From positions 512,001 to 576,000 of the forward strand of contig CAXVYR010000004.1 in assembly GCA_963666975.2 (NCBI GenBank): a DNA stretch of 64,000 nt. Reading direction: 5' to 3'. Positions 30,417 through 41,388 of the stretch are shown piece after piece. The notes below the pieces were generated by a model. It was given only the letters and a program-made list of their open reading frames with translations, searched no databases and was not told the DNA's origin. Positions within the stretch are counted from its first letter, which is position 1. Each line of letters opens with the position of its first letter. This DNA is from Terriglobia bacterium. Its GTDB lineage: Bacteria; Acidobacteriota; Terriglobia; 2-12-FULL-54-10. Both the position numbers and the translations under genes were made by a program.

Positions 30417-31577
30417 ATGAATATCATCATCGTCGGCTACGGCCGGGTAGGAACTCAAGTTGTCAAGCTGCTATTGGACCGGAAACACTCGCTCGTGGTC
30501 ATCGACAAAGACCGCAGCGTGCTGGAAAAATCGATAGTGGACGAAGGGGTAAAGGTCCTGATTGGGGACGCCGTGGACCCGGACCTGCTTCGGGAAGCAG
30601 GCGCGGAGAAGGCGGACGTCTTGCTGGCCCTGACGCGCGAGGAAAACACCAACTTGATGGCGGCTCAGATCGCCCGCATCGCCTTCAACGTTCCGAAAAC
30701 CATCGCCGCTGTCTATGACCTGCAACGGGAGAAAGGCTTCCATGCCGCCGGGATCGACACGGCTTCGCTGACCGTCAGCGGGGCGCAACTGCTGGCCAGC
30801 AAGATTGAAGCCCTTCCCCCCTCTCCGCGAGAGGCCCCACCGGAAACGCCCGCGCCTCCCTCACCCGCCAAGCCTCTCTCCCTTCCGGTGCCGGAACGTT
30901 CCACCACCGGGGCCGGACCTTACTATGTCATCATAGTCGGCGGCGGAAAAGTGGGCTACTACCTCGGACGGACGCTGCTGGACGAAGGCCATGAAGCCAC
31001 CATTATTGAGGCCGATCCCAAGACCTTCGCGCTCGTTTCCGGCCAACTGGATTGTCCCGTCATCCACGGGGATGGCTCCACCCACGCCGTGCTGGAGAAA
31101 GCGGGCGCCGACCGCTGCGACGTATTCGTGGCGGTCACCAACCATGACTCCGACAACCTGATCGCCTGCGAAGTGGCCAAGCGGGAGTTTGGAGTTTCCA
31201 AGACGATTGCCCGCGTGAAGAACCCCAAAAACGAAAGAATTATGCAGCAGTTGGGCGTCGATGTGACCGTGAGCTCGACGGCGCTGATCAGTTCCTTGAT
31301 TGAAAGCGAGCTGCCCATCCACAAGATTCGAACGCTGCTGAGTTTGCGCGCCGGACACCTGGAGATCATGGAGTATGTGCTCGACGATCAATCTCCCGTG
31401 ATCGGCCAGCAAATAAAAGAAGTGCCCATGCCATCCAATTGCAACATCGTCACCATCATCCGCCGGGGCAACCCGCTGGTCCCCCGGGGCGATACCATCT
31501 TCGAAAACAGCGACATCGTATTGGCCTTGACGGAGCTCACCACCGAACCTCGACTGCGGAAACTATTGGTCGGGTAG
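30417..31577 (+). CDS. trkA: TrkA-family RCK protein with two TrkA_N domains
   Basis: GYGRVG and GGGKVG Rossmann motifs, Pro-rich linker, C-terminal TrkA_C. Confidence 0.8.
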   Translation: MNIIIVGYGRVGTQVVKLLLDRKHSLVVIDKDRSVLEKSIVDEGVKVLIGDAVDPDLLREAGAEKADVLLALTREENTNLMAAQIARIAFNVPKTIAAVYDLQREKGFHAAGIDTASLTVSGAQLLASKIEALPPSPREAPPETPAPPSPAKPLSLPVPERSTTGAGPYYVIIVGGGKVGYYLGRTLLDEGHEATIIEADPKTFALVSGQLDCPVIHGDGSTHAVLEKAGADRCDVFVAVTNHDSDNLIACEVAKREFGVSKTIARVKNPKNERIMQQLGVDVTVSSTALISSLIESELPIHKIRTLLSLRAGHLEIMEYVLDDQSPVIGQQIKEVPMPSNCNIVTIIRRGNPLVPRGDTIFENSDIVLALTELTTEPRLRKLLVG

Positions 31578-31691
31578 GACTCCTCACCAGCTTTTTTGGG
31601 AAATTTCACCGGGAGCAGAAGCGTTCCCGGGGAGTTTAGCTGTATGATTTCCAGGGAAAGAATAAATGGAAAATGGACGCCGAGCGAGCGC

Positions 31692-32690
31692 CTATAGCGG
31701 AACTTCCGTGCTCTCCAGGATTTCCTTCACAACGGCCTCGGCCTGCTCGGACTTTTTTAAGGTGGATGCGTAGCGCGTGCTGACCACCACCCGATGGGCA
31801 AAAACGGGGACAGCCAGCCGCTTAAAGTCATCCGGGATACAGTAATTGCGACCCTCCAGCAAAGCCAGCGCTTGAGCCGCCCGGTACAGAGCCTGCGAAC
31901 CACGGGGGCTCACTCCCAGGGCCAGGTTCTCATGCTCGCGGGTCTTGCCCACAATGGCCAGCATGTAGTTGACCAGCGGGTCCTCTACGGCGACTTCCCT
32001 AACCGCATCTTGCAAGCGATGGATTTGCTGGGCGCTTGCGGCGGGCTCCAGGGCATCCAGCGCGTCCCGGCTCGAGGTGGCCCGCACAATTTCCCGCTCG
32101 CCCTCCCTGCCCGGATAACCCATCCGTATCCGCATCAGGAACCGGTCCATCTGCGACTCCGGCAGCGGATATGTGCCGTGATGTTCAATCGGGTTCTGGG
32201 TGGCAATCACCATGAACGGCTCCGGCAGCCGGTGCGTGCGGTTGTCGATGGTTACCTGGCGTTCGTTCATGGCTTCGAGCAGCGCGCTCTGGGTCTTCGG
32301 CGTGGTGCGGTTGATCTCATCAGCCAGCAGGACATTGGCAAAAACAGGGCCGGGCTTGAATTCAAATTCCTCCCGATGCTGGTTGTAAATGGAGATGCCG
32401 ATCACGTCGCTCGGCAACAGGTCGCTGGTGAACTGCACCCGCTGAAATTTGCAGTTCAGGCTGCGCGCCATGGCATGGGCCAGCGTGGTTTTCCCCACGC
32501 CGGGGACATCTTCGATGAGCAGATGGCCCTCGGAAAGCAAAGCCACCAAGGCCAGGCGAACCTCCTCCGCTTTGCCGTGAATCACCTGAAGCAAACCCTG
32601 CTCCAGGCGGCGGACACAGCTCTGCAGTTCGGCGAAGGAATCCGGGGCAGCTTGCGGGCCGCTCTGTGCGGATGTCGAGGCTCTCTGCAT
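31692..32690 (-). CDS. MoxR-family AAA+ ATPase
   Basis: EDVPGVGKT, QFTSDLLPSD, DEINR, ATQNP, LPESQMDRF. Confidence 0.92.
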   Translation of the reverse strand: MQRASTSAQSGPQAAPDSFAELQSCVRRLEQGLLQVIHGKAEEVRLALVALLSEGHLLIEDVPGVGKTTLAHAMARSLNCKFQRVQFTSDLLPSDVIGISIYNQHREEFEFKPGPVFANVLLADEINRTTPKTQSALLEAMNERQVTIDNRTHRLPEPFMVIATQNPIEHHGTYPLPESQMDRFLMRIRMGYPGREGEREIVRATSSRDALDALEPAASAQQIHRLQDAVREVAVEDPLVNYMLAIVGKTREHENLALGVSPRGSQALYRAAQALALLEGRNYCIPDDFKRLAVPVFAHRVVVSTRYASTLKKSEQAEAVVKEILESTEVPL

Positions 32691-32737
32691 TCTTTCCTGA
32701 AGGCTCCCCGCCGCGGACCGGCTACGGAAAAATTAGA

Positions 32738-32813
32738 TGGTGGGCGATACAGGGCTCGAACCTGTGACTTCCACCGTGTGAGGATGGCACTCTACCAACT
32801 GAGTTAATCGCCC
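32738..32813 (-). tRNA. tRNA-Val(CAC)
   Basis: GGGCGATTAACTCAGTTGGTAGAGT...CTCACAC...GGTTCGAGCCC...CGCCCACCA, 76 nt with encoded CCA. Confidence 0.95.
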
Positions 32814-33093
32814 CATATGGCCGCAGCTTTATTCTAGCCAAGGAACCGGCGCGGGAAAAGCGAAATCCCCGCGCTGTGGACCACTCCTGTTACGTTGATC
32901 CATGATCCATCCGCGAACCGGATCACCCGCTTGCTTGCTCATTCGCTTGCGCGCCGGCAAAACGGCATGCGGCTTTGTTTGTTTCGGTTTATTTCGCTTC
33001 ATTGATTCGCTTCATTGATTCGCTGCGATGACTTGGGTGGGTTGGATGATCCGGAAAGGAAGATGAAGCGGAGGTTATTCACTGCTCCTTGTT

Positions 33094-35673
33094 TCACCGC
33101 GTTTCACCGCCGGAGCCTCCTCCAAAAACTCCAAAGAGTCGCCGAAAGAAACCCCGCTTCGGCGCTTCCGGCTCTTCGGGGACAACCTGCGCCGGTTCTT
33201 GCGGCGGAGCCGCCGCCCGGATCACCGGCTCAGGAGCCGCCGGCTGCACAGAAGCAGGCTCCGGGACGGCCTGTGGCACAACTTCGGCAATTCGGGTGAG
33301 GGGCAGCGCGCTTTGCACCGGCTGCAAATAATGGAGGGGGCAGTGTTCGGTGGGTTGCGTGCCCGCCACAAAGTACTCCGTTTGGGTGCGGGGACAATGC
33401 GGAGTGGCCAGCCCATTGGTATCCGGGTCAATCTCTACCTGGACGACGCCCGGCGGGGGAACCGCAGCGACCACATCATGATACTCCGGCAAGGTAATCG
33501 CCCGCTTCATAAACTCCGTCCAAATCGGCAGCGCTGAGGCGGCGCCACTGAGAGGCACCTCCAGGTCGGAGTCATAGCCGACCCAAACGATGGTCAACAG
33601 GTTCGAGGTGTAGCCGGCAAACCATCCATCGTGCGACGTGCCGGTTTTGCCCGCTGCCGGAGCGCGGAATCCCCGGGCCCGAACCCCGATACCGGTGCCC
33701 CTGTCAATCGCAGACTCCATCAAGTTGGTCATCAGGAAAGCGATCCGGGGATCCAGCACCCGTGTTCCCCGGCGCTCGGCCTGTTCCAGCACGGTGCCGT
33801 CCTGGGAGCGGACCATGGTCAGCATATACGGGTCCATCCTTACGCCTTGATTGGCAAAGATGGTGTAGGCTCCGGCAATCTCCAGCGGTGTCGCATCATA
33901 CGCTCCCAGGGCTACGGCAGGAGTGGGCTGGATATTCACGTTCATTCCCGCCCGCCGGGCCAGGCTGACGACAGTTTCGTAGCCCACCATCTGGGCCAGT
34001 TTTACCGTGGCCACGTTCAAGGAACGCAACAGGGCGTAGCGCAAGGTCACCGGCCCATAGTAGTGCTCGCGGTAATTGGACGGCTCATAACTGTTCCCCT
34101 CGAACACAAAGGTGGTCGGCTCGTCGTAGAGTTGGGAAATGGGAGTCCACGGCGGGCCTACCGAGCCGTACTGCGCGGCAGACAACGCCGCTGCATACAC
34201 AAAGGGCTTGAAGACCGAGCCGGGCTGGCGGAGCGCCTTGATCCGGTTGAACTGGCTGCGGCCATAGTCCCTGCCTCCCAGCAACGCTTTGATGGCGCCC
34301 GTTTTGGGATCTAACGCAATCAGGGCAGCCTCCACCTTGCGGCCCTCCGAACCATTCTCCTCCGGGCTGCCGGGGCCGGCTTTCGAGGCGGTCTGCTTCC
34401 GTCGGGCCTGGCGCATTTGCTCCAGCCGCTGGTCGACTTCGGCCAAGCCTGCCCGCATGGCTTCTGCGGCAGCCCGCTGCAGCTTCAGATCCAGGGTCGT
34501 ATAGATGCGGTAGCTCTCCGATACCAGTTCTTCTTCGGAATACCTTTCGAGCATCTGGCTCTTCACCATGTCGATATAGTAGGGCGCTTCGCTGGCCACC
34601 GTGTATCGCGGAGTTACTTCGAGAGGCGTATTCGTTGCCTCTTCGCGCTGTTGCGGGGTAATCGCGCCTGTCTCCACCATGGCGCTCAAAACGATATTCC
34701 GGCGCCGTATGGCTGCCTCGGGATTGCGGTACGGAGAGTACAGGTTCGGTCCCTGCATGATCCCGGCCAGGAATGCGGCTTCCGGCAGCGCCAGGTCGCG
34801 CACGTCTTTGCTGAAATAGGCTTGCGCGGCTTCTCCAAAACCGCTGATGGTGAAACTGCCCCTCTGACCCATATAAATTTTATTGCAGTAATATTCGAAG
34901 ATTTGTTCTTTGGTCAGCCGCCCTTCCAACTGGAAGGCTACCAGGGTCTCGGCCAGCTTTCGCTTCCAGGTCCGCTGTGAGCTGAAGAAAAAACTGCGGG
35001 CCAGTTGCATGGTAATGGTGCTGGCCCCCTGCTCTACTCGTCCCGCGCGGATGTCCACATAGGCCGCCTTCAAGATGCGCAGGTAGTCCACGCCGGAGTG
35101 TTGCAGGAAGCGGCGATCCTCGATGGCCAGGACTGCATTCATCAAATCCGAAGGCAGGTCGCGAAATTCCACCAGCCGCCGCTTTTCTCTGCGGCGGTCA
35201 AACAGGCTCGTGACCAGGCGGGGCTCCAGCGCGTATTCGCTGCGGGCAAACTGGTCCCGCAGAGAAACGATGCTGTTCACTTGCCCGTCCGCGAAACGGA
35301 CCTCCGCAGGATCGTTTGCAAAATAGGAATCCGGGCCGGGAACTATGCGGATTCCATCCTGGAGCAAGGAATACCAGCCTTTGGGATTGTCGCGCCGCTC
35401 GGTATAGCCGGACATCCGAATATGGGAAATCACCTCGGCGCGGTCACCTCTCTGGCCGAGGATCAGCTTTTCGGGAGCCGCGTAAACCTGGGAGACGTTG
35501 GGGAAAACAGGGCCAGCCAGGCGGTTGTCGATGAGCCGGGAAAAACGGACGTAGTAAGACGTGAAGACGGAGGCGGCGCCGATTACAGCCAGCAGCAGCA
35601 GGGAAAGGCAGACCAAACCCACGGGACGAAACAAGGCATGCACCAAGCGGCTCTTTTTGATGAAGACACGCAT
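33094..35673 (-). CDS. Class A penicillin-binding protein (PBP1B-like)
   Basis: EDRRF, GASTITMQL, SVFK, SLN, KTG motifs. Confidence 0.92.
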   Translation of the reverse strand: MRVFIKKSRLVHALFRPVGLVCLSLLLLAVIGAASVFTSYYVRFSRLIDNRLAGPVFPNVSQVYAAPEKLILGQRGDRAEVISHIRMSGYTERRDNPKGWYSLLQDGIRIVPGPDSYFANDPAEVRFADGQVNSIVSLRDQFARSEYALEPRLVTSLFDRRREKRRLVEFRDLPSDLMNAVLAIEDRRFLQHSGVDYLRILKAAYVDIRAGRVEQGASTITMQLARSFFFSSQRTWKRKLAETLVAFQLEGRLTKEQIFEYYCNKIYMGQRGSFTISGFGEAAQAYFSKDVRDLALPEAAFLAGIMQGPNLYSPYRNPEAAIRRRNIVLSAMVETGAITPQQREEATNTPLEVTPRYTVASEAPYYIDMVKSQMLERYSEEELVSESYRIYTTLDLKLQRAAAEAMRAGLAEVDQRLEQMRQARRKQTASKAGPGSPEENGSEGRKVEAALIALDPKTGAIKALLGGRDYGRSQFNRIKALRQPGSVFKPFVYAAALSAAQYGSVGPPWTPISQLYDEPTTFVFEGNSYEPSNYREHYYGPVTLRYALLRSLNVATVKLAQMVGYETVVSLARRAGMNVNIQPTPAVALGAYDATPLEIAGAYTIFANQGVRMDPYMLTMVRSQDGTVLEQAERRGTRVLDPRIAFLMTNLMESAIDRGTGIGVRARGFRAPAAGKTGTSHDGWFAGYTSNLLTIVWVGYDSDLEVPLSGAASALPIWTEFMKRAITLPEYHDVVAAVPPPGVVQVEIDPDTNGLATPHCPRTQTEYFVAGTQPTEHCPLHYLQPVQSALPLTRIAEVVPQAVPEPASVQPAAPEPVIRAAAPPQEPAQVVPEEPEAPKRGFFRRLFGVFGGGSGGETR

Positions 35674-35691
35674 AGGTCGAGTTCCTTGAGG

Positions 35692-36078
35692 CTATTTCCC
35701 GGAGACCATGAGATTACGATTCCCGGCCGAAGGCTCGAAACGAAGCTCCACCTCCCGCACACCCAAATCTACCTGGACCGCATATTCGACCGCAATGTCC
35801 ACCGAAGCTCTGGTCTTCCGCACGGCCACCTGCCGGTTTTCGAGTTGGATGTCGAACGCACGGGCCCGGCTAATGACCTCTCTGCGAATATCCGACTCTG
35901 ACATTTGTTGTGAATACGTCGCCCTGCCGGCCAAATTTTCCACCGCATCCTGTAACCGGTAATTGCTGAAATAGGGAGGGAAAAGCCTCACAGCCAGAAA
36001 AATAAGAGCAGCCAGAAACAGGAGCGAAAAAAGGAGCGATAAGGAAAGGAACCCTCGTTCGGAGCGGACTGTTTGCAT
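35692..36078 (-). CDS. DUF4845-like membrane-anchored protein
   Basis: Prepilin-like N-terminus ERGFLSL plus TM helix, PPYFSN. Confidence 0.6.
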   Translation of the reverse strand: MQTVRSERGFLSLSLLFSLLFLAALIFLAVRLFPPYFSNYRLQDAVENLAGRATYSQQMSESDIRREVISRARAFDIQLENRQVAVRKTRASVDIAVEYAVQVDLGVREVELRFEPSAGNRNLMVSGK

Positions 36079-37826
36079 CAGCGTCTCTTGCCAATGGCCT
36101 GTTCGTTATCGTTTCTCCGGACAGTCGCCGCAGAATTTTCGCGCCAGGCGGTGCGGAGAAACTCGTTCACCTCTACGATTTTAACATCGCTGGTTTGCTT
36201 TGTCGAGCGCACAGCCAGCTCCACCAACCCGGAGGTGACTTTTCTGCCAACCGTTACGCGAAAGGGAATCCCGATCAAATCGGCATCCTTGAACTTCACG
36301 CCGGGGCGCTCCTTCCGGTCGTCGAGCAGAACGTCGAATCCGTCTCCTTGGGCCTGTTCGTAGATTTGTTCGGCTGCCGACATCTGGCTGGCATCGCCGG
36401 AGTTTACGGGAACCACCACCAGCGCGAACGGCGCGATCGCCGGGGGCAGCACGATTCCATCCGGGTCGTGCCGTTGTTCGATGACCCCGGCTAGAATCCT
36501 CTCGATTCCGATGCCGTAGGAGCCCATCCAGAGGGTTACCTGTTTGCCGTCCCGGTCCAGAACGCTGGCGCCCATCTTCTCCGAGTACCTTTTGCCGAGC
36601 TGAAAGATATGTCCCATCTCGATGGCTCCACGGACCTCCATCGGCGAGCTGCACTGCGGGCAGAGATCGCCGCTTTGCACCGCGCGGAGATCATGAAACT
36701 CGGCGGAAAAGTCGCGTCCCGGCGTGACATGGCGCAGGTGAAAATCATCCTCGTTGGCGCCGCAGACCAGATCGCGGCGGCCTTCCAGAGCTTGGTCCGC
36801 CAGGATACGGCGCCCCTGAACTGCCACCGGCCCCAGCGAACCCGCAGAGGCTCCCAGCGCCTGCTGGATCTCCTCGGAATGCGCCGGGCGCAGAGCCAAG
36901 TCTCCGAACAGATCAGCCAGCTTGCTTTCGCTCACCTGATGGTCTCCCCGCAGCAAGACCAGCACGGTATCCTCGCCAGCCTGATAGACCACGGTCTTCA
37001 ACAACCGCGTGGACGGCAGTTCGGTGAAGGCTGCCAAGTCTTCTATGGTCCGCTGTCCCGGCGTGGCAAACTTTTCCGGAGGTCCGGCTTCCGCATCCTG
37101 CACCGGGGCAAGCTGGGAGACGGCTTTTTCCATGTTGGCGGCATAGCCGCATGCCGCGCAACGGACTACATGGTCCTCCCCTGTCTCTGAAAGCACCATG
37201 AATTCATGCGAACGGCTTCCTCCCATGGAGCCGGAATGCGCTTCCACCGTGACGTACTCGATTCCGCAACGCTCAAAGATGCGGCAATAGGTCTCATAAT
37301 GTTTCTGGTAGCTTTGGCGGAGGCCCTCCTCGTCGAGGTCAAACGAGTAGGAGTCCTTCATGGTGAACTGCCGCGCGCGCAGCAGGCCTCCTTTGGGGCG
37401 CGGCTCGTCGCGGAACTTGTTCTGGATCTGATACCAGATTTGCGGCAGTTGCCGGTAGGACTGCAATTCATGCCGCGCCAGATCCGTCATGATCTCTTCA
37501 TGCGTCATTCCCAGGCAGAGCCAGCGTTTCCCCCGGTCCTGCAGGCGGAACATCGTCTCTCCCATCAGGTCCCACCGGCCGCTCTCGCGCCAGGGTTCAT
37601 CCGGATGCAGCGCCGGCAAGTAGAACTCCTGCGCAATGCGGTCCATCTCTTCCCGCACGATGGCCGTGATCTTCAACAAAGACCGCTGACCCAGAAACAG
37701 GTAACTATAGATGCCCGAGGCCAGCGGCCGGATGTATCCGGCCCGCAATAGAAGTTGATGGCTCGGAACTTCGGCGTCCGAGGGCGTTTCACGCAGCGTG
37801 GGTATGAATAATTGGCTCCAGCGCAA
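36078..37826 (-). CDS. proS: Proline--tRNA ligase
   Basis: TTG start MRWSQLFIPTLRE; KFRDEPRP, GHIFQLG, GSYGIGIER, editing insert. Confidence 0.95.
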   Translation of the reverse strand: MRWSQLFIPTLRETPSDAEVPSHQLLLRAGYIRPLASGIYSYLFLGQRSLLKITAIVREEMDRIAQEFYLPALHPDEPWRESGRWDLMGETMFRLQDRGKRWLCLGMTHEEIMTDLARHELQSYRQLPQIWYQIQNKFRDEPRPKGGLLRARQFTMKDSYSFDLDEEGLRQSYQKHYETYCRIFERCGIEYVTVEAHSGSMGGSRSHEFMVLSETGEDHVVRCAACGYAANMEKAVSQLAPVQDAEAGPPEKFATPGQRTIEDLAAFTELPSTRLLKTVVYQAGEDTVLVLLRGDHQVSESKLADLFGDLALRPAHSEEIQQALGASAGSLGPVAVQGRRILADQALEGRRDLVCGANEDDFHLRHVTPGRDFSAEFHDLRAVQSGDLCPQCSSPMEVRGAIEMGHIFQLGKRYSEKMGASVLDRDGKQVTLWMGSYGIGIERILAGVIEQRHDPDGIVLPPAIAPFALVVVPVNSGDASQMSAAEQIYEQAQGDGFDVLLDDRKERPGVKFKDADLIGIPFRVTVGRKVTSGLVELAVRSTKQTSDVKIVEVNEFLRTAWRENSAATVRRNDNEQAIGKRR

Positions 37827-37954
37827 CTTGCTTCCGTTCTCCTTTACCTTGGTTTTCTTCCTTCCGCCATAGTGACTGCATTGTAGCATCCGGCCATTGG
37901 AGAGGGGAAATACGAGGGAAATCACATGGACAGCTGATTTGCTATACTGGCCGC

Positions 37955-38368
37955 GTGGAAATCCAGTTTTCAACCAAAGGCTTCACAGAAATCATCGACA
38001 TCACGCCGAAGGTCCGGGAGGCGATTCAGGGAGCCGGCGTAAAACAAGGCGTGGTTCATCTCTTTGTGGCGGGCTCCACGGCAGCGCTCACCACCATCGA
38101 ATACGAGCCGGGAGCTTTGGCGGACCTGCAGCGGGCCTTGGAGCAGATCGTTCCCGCCGGCGGCGATTACGCTCACAATGAGGCATGGGGCGACGGAAAC
38201 GGCTATGCCCATCTGCGCGCCGCCCTGCTCAAGCCCGACCTCTGCGTTCCCATCCAGGAAGGCCGGCTGGCGCTGGGCACATGGCAGCAAATCGTCCTGA
38301 TTGATTTCGACAACCGCCCCCGGCAGCGCAAGGTCTTGCTCACCCTCACGCAAGCCGCCTCCCGTTAA
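37955..38368 (+). CDS. yjbQ: YjbQ/UPF0047 family protein
   Basis: NGYAHLRA, LGTWQQI. Confidence 0.88.
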   Translation: MEIQFSTKGFTEIIDITPKVREAIQGAGVKQGVVHLFVAGSTAALTTIEYEPGALADLQRALEQIVPAGGDYAHNEAWGDGNGYAHLRAALLKPDLCVPIQEGRLALGTWQQIVLIDFDNRPRQRKVLLTLTQAASR

Positions 38369-38475
38369 TCGAGTCAATGGCTTCCCGTTGCGCTGCAGAA
38401 ACGGCTCCTATTTTAATTGCCCCTGCTCTTGCGGTAAAGTGAACTAATTTGCAAGACGAAGCATGGCAATAGCAC

Positions 38476-39333
38476 ATGATAGATGATCCTTATTACTCTG
38501 TGCGGCTTTCCTTGGTGGAGCAAATCAATCGGGACCGGGCCTCGGCAGGTCGCCGCCCGGTCGAGATAGATGCTCTGTCCTCCACAGTGGGCGACCGGCA
38601 TTGCCAGGAGATGGCTGCCAACCGGTTTCTGTCCCATTGGAACCTGCGCGGCTTGAAGCCCTATCACCGTTATCATCTGGCGGGCGGCAGAGACCATGTG
38701 CAGGAAAATCTATCCCGGTTGACGGTCTTTACGAACAAACCTATCCCCATCCAGACGCAGCCGCAGGATATTCTCCCGCATATGCTGCACGCCGAGAAAC
38801 GCATGTTCGAGGAGAAACCGCCGCTGGACGGACACCGCAAAAATATTCTGGACCCGGCGCACACTCACGTCGGAATCGGCTTTGCCGTGGTGGGAAGCGA
38901 ATTCACCCTGTCACAGCAGTTTTTGAACCGGTTCGTCCGGCTGAATGAGTTGCCCGCGGCGATGCCGCGCGGCTCCATCCGGGTGGAAGGCGAGATGTTG
39001 CGGAAAGACTATGGCCCGTACTACTGCGTGCTGTTTCATGACGGGGAGCTGAAACCGTGGACCGTCGAGAAGCTGAACCAAACCTATGCCTATTCCGACG
39101 CCAGCGGGGCGATTTGCGCCAAGGTCCCGCCCTGGGAGATGCGTTTCAGCCGTTCCAGTGGGCGATTCAGCTTTTCCGCTCGGGCAAGCAACTGCGGCCC
39201 GGGATACTACCATTTGCTGCTGTGGGTCCGCGAAGATGTCGATTCCATCCCTTACCAGTTGTATCAAGGAGGAAGTTTTGCAGTCGACACAAAGGACGCC
39301 ACTCCCTGCGCAGGCTGGGTGTTTCACCGGTGA
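38476..39333 (+). CDS. CAP/SCP-domain protein
   Basis: INRDRA, HCQEMA...SH, GHRKNILDPAHTHVGIG. Confidence 0.75.
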   Translation: MIDDPYYSVRLSLVEQINRDRASAGRRPVEIDALSSTVGDRHCQEMAANRFLSHWNLRGLKPYHRYHLAGGRDHVQENLSRLTVFTNKPIPIQTQPQDILPHMLHAEKRMFEEKPPLDGHRKNILDPAHTHVGIGFAVVGSEFTLSQQFLNRFVRLNELPAAMPRGSIRVEGEMLRKDYGPYYCVLFHDGELKPWTVEKLNQTYAYSDASGAICAKVPPWEMRFSRSSGRFSFSARASNCGPGYYHLLLWVREDVDSIPYQLYQGGSFAVDTKDATPCAGWVFHR

Positions 39334-39423
39334 GGACGCCTTGCGCGGCAAAGGTGGAAGGATGTACATTTTGAAGCTGGCAGAACGTCTCCGGCATCGA
39401 ATGGCAGCGGCTCCCCAGGAGGG

Positions 39424-40464
39424 TTGATGGAAAAATCGGCAATCACCGTACAACGGCACATCCTGGAACAGGAGCGCAAACACCAGCAAGCGACCGGCGA
39501 CCTGACCGGGCTGCTTTGGGATTTAACGCTGGCGGCCAAGGTCGTCTCACGGGAAGTGAACCGCGCCGGGCTGGCCGATATCTTCGGCGCAACGGGTGAG
39601 GAAAATGAAAGCGGCGACTTGGTCAAGCGGCTGGACAGCATCGCGCAGGACACCATCTACCGCGCCATGGACCACGGCGGCCATCTCTGCGCAATGGTCT
39701 CGGAGGAAAGCCCCGATGTGATTCCCATTCCCGCAAACTATCCCAAGGGGAAATATCTGCTGCTCTATGACCCTCTGGACGGCTCCTCCAACATCGAGGC
39801 CAACGTCAGCATCGGCACCATCTTTTCCGTGCACCGCCGGATTAGCGACTCCGGCGACGGGACGATGGAAGACTGCCTGCGCAAGGGCTCCGAGCAGGTG
39901 GCCGCCGGGTACTTCCTCTATGGATCGAGCACCATGATTGTCTACACCACAGGGCAAGGCGTTTACGGCTTTACGCTCGATCCGAGCATCGGGGAGTTCA
40001 TGCTCTCGCACGACCGCATCGTCACTCCGCCCAAAGGCAAGTATTACAGCGTGAATGAAGGCAATGTCACCGGCTGGGACGAGCCAACGCGCAATTACAT
40101 CCAGCACCTGAAACAAAAAGATAAAGCCACGGGCCGGCCTTATTCGCTGCGCTACATCGGCTCGCTGGTGGCCGACATCCACCGAACGCTGCTCTACGGC
40201 GGTGTCTTTCTCTACCCCTCCGACTACAGCGATCCGGTGAAGCCAAGGCCGAAGCTGCGGCTTCTGTACGAAGTGGCGCCGATGTCGTTCCTCATGGAGC
40301 AGGCAGGGGGCGCCGCCACCACGGGAACCCAGAGAGCGCTCGACATACAAGCCACTTCCCTGCACCACAAAGTCCCGATTGTCCTCGGAAGCAAACAGGA
40401 CGTCGAGACCTATGAGAGGTTTTGCAGGGAGTCCAGCACCGTCACGGCGGGCAGGAAAAAGTAA
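39424..40464 (+). CDS. fbp: Fructose-1,6-bisphosphatase class 1
   Basis: DPLDGSSNI, RYIGSLVAD, KLRLLYE. Confidence 0.95.
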   Translation: MMEKSAITVQRHILEQERKHQQATGDLTGLLWDLTLAAKVVSREVNRAGLADIFGATGEENESGDLVKRLDSIAQDTIYRAMDHGGHLCAMVSEESPDVIPIPANYPKGKYLLLYDPLDGSSNIEANVSIGTIFSVHRRISDSGDGTMEDCLRKGSEQVAAGYFLYGSSTMIVYTTGQGVYGFTLDPSIGEFMLSHDRIVTPPKGKYYSVNEGNVTGWDEPTRNYIQHLKQKDKATGRPYSLRYIGSLVADIHRTLLYGGVFLYPSDYSDPVKPRPKLRLLYEVAPMSFLMEQAGGAATTGTQRALDIQATSLHHKVPIVLGSKQDVETYERFCRESSTVTAGRKK

Positions 40465-40670
40465 GGAAAGCAGACCCTCTGCGGGCGGAGCGTTGGCGGA
40501 CGGGAACACAACCTTCCTCCCGCAACCATGCCTCGTGCCGGAACCTGTTTTCTTCCTCTCGCCTCTCGACCATCACTTCACTAATCACTTCACTAGATCC
40601 AACCTGAAATATCCCAGGCCTATCCCTAGGCGGACGTTGCCTGGGCTCGCAGCCTGGATCGATTTTTTTC

Positions 40671-40725
40671 TTGACAAGAAAAGGAGGAAAAGCGAGAATG
40701 TTATTGCAAATGAGTTGCAATAACA
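40671..40725 (+). promoter_or_regulatory. Promoter with Fur-family operator
   Basis: TTGACA-N17-GAGAAT, then 11-5-11 inverted repeat TGTTATTGCAA-ATGAG-TTGCAATAACA (40699-40725). Confidence 0.7.
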
Positions 40726-40791
40726 GATGCCACTCGGTTGCAATAGAGAGATTGGAATAGACGACTTGCAGTAAATGACCGGCAATAAACC

Positions 40792-41286
40792 ATGCCGCTG
40801 GTAAAACAGATTCGCCGCCGGGGAGGGCTGGAGCTCCTCGCCAAACAACATGGCCTGAGGCTGACGCGCCAGCGCCGCCTGATCTTTTCCATCCTGGAGT
40901 CGGCCAAGACGCACCTCAACGCCAAGCAGCTTCTCGAGCAGGCCCAGCGCCTGGAACCCGGCATCGATCAGGTGACCATCTACCGGAATCTCGGCGTGCT
41001 CAAGCGCCTGGGCGTGGTGGATGAGCTGGATTTGCTGCACCTGCGCGGCGACCAGCACTACTACGAGGCGCGGCAGGTGAGGGCCCACTCCCACGTGGCG
41101 TGCCTGGCCTGCGGAAAAGTTTTTGAGTTTTATACGTCGGCGATGAAAACTATTGACCGGGAATTGGAGAAGGAATGCGGCTTTACCGTTTCCTTTACCC
41201 GGATCGAGATTGGGGGACATTGCGCAGCGTGCCGGAAAAGTGAAAGGGTAGCTCCCCTTCCCCGGAAGGGGAAGCAGACTCGCTGA
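40792..41286 (+). CDS. Fur-family transcriptional repressor
   Basis: LRLTRQR, TIYRNL, HSHVACLACG, CAAC. Confidence 0.92.
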   Translation: MPLVKQIRRRGGLELLAKQHGLRLTRQRRLIFSILESAKTHLNAKQLLEQAQRLEPGIDQVTIYRNLGVLKRLGVVDELDLLHLRGDQHYYEARQVRAHSHVACLACGKVFEFYTSAMKTIDRELEKECGFTVSFTRIEIGGHCAACRKSERVAPLPRKGKQTR

Positions 41287-41388
41287 ATGCTCCGGCTCGC
41301 CCCGCTATTTTTTGAAGAGAAACACAATCGCGCAGCGGGCGCCCGCGCCTGCCTAGCTCGAACCGCCCGCTGTGCTGTCAATCAACCC

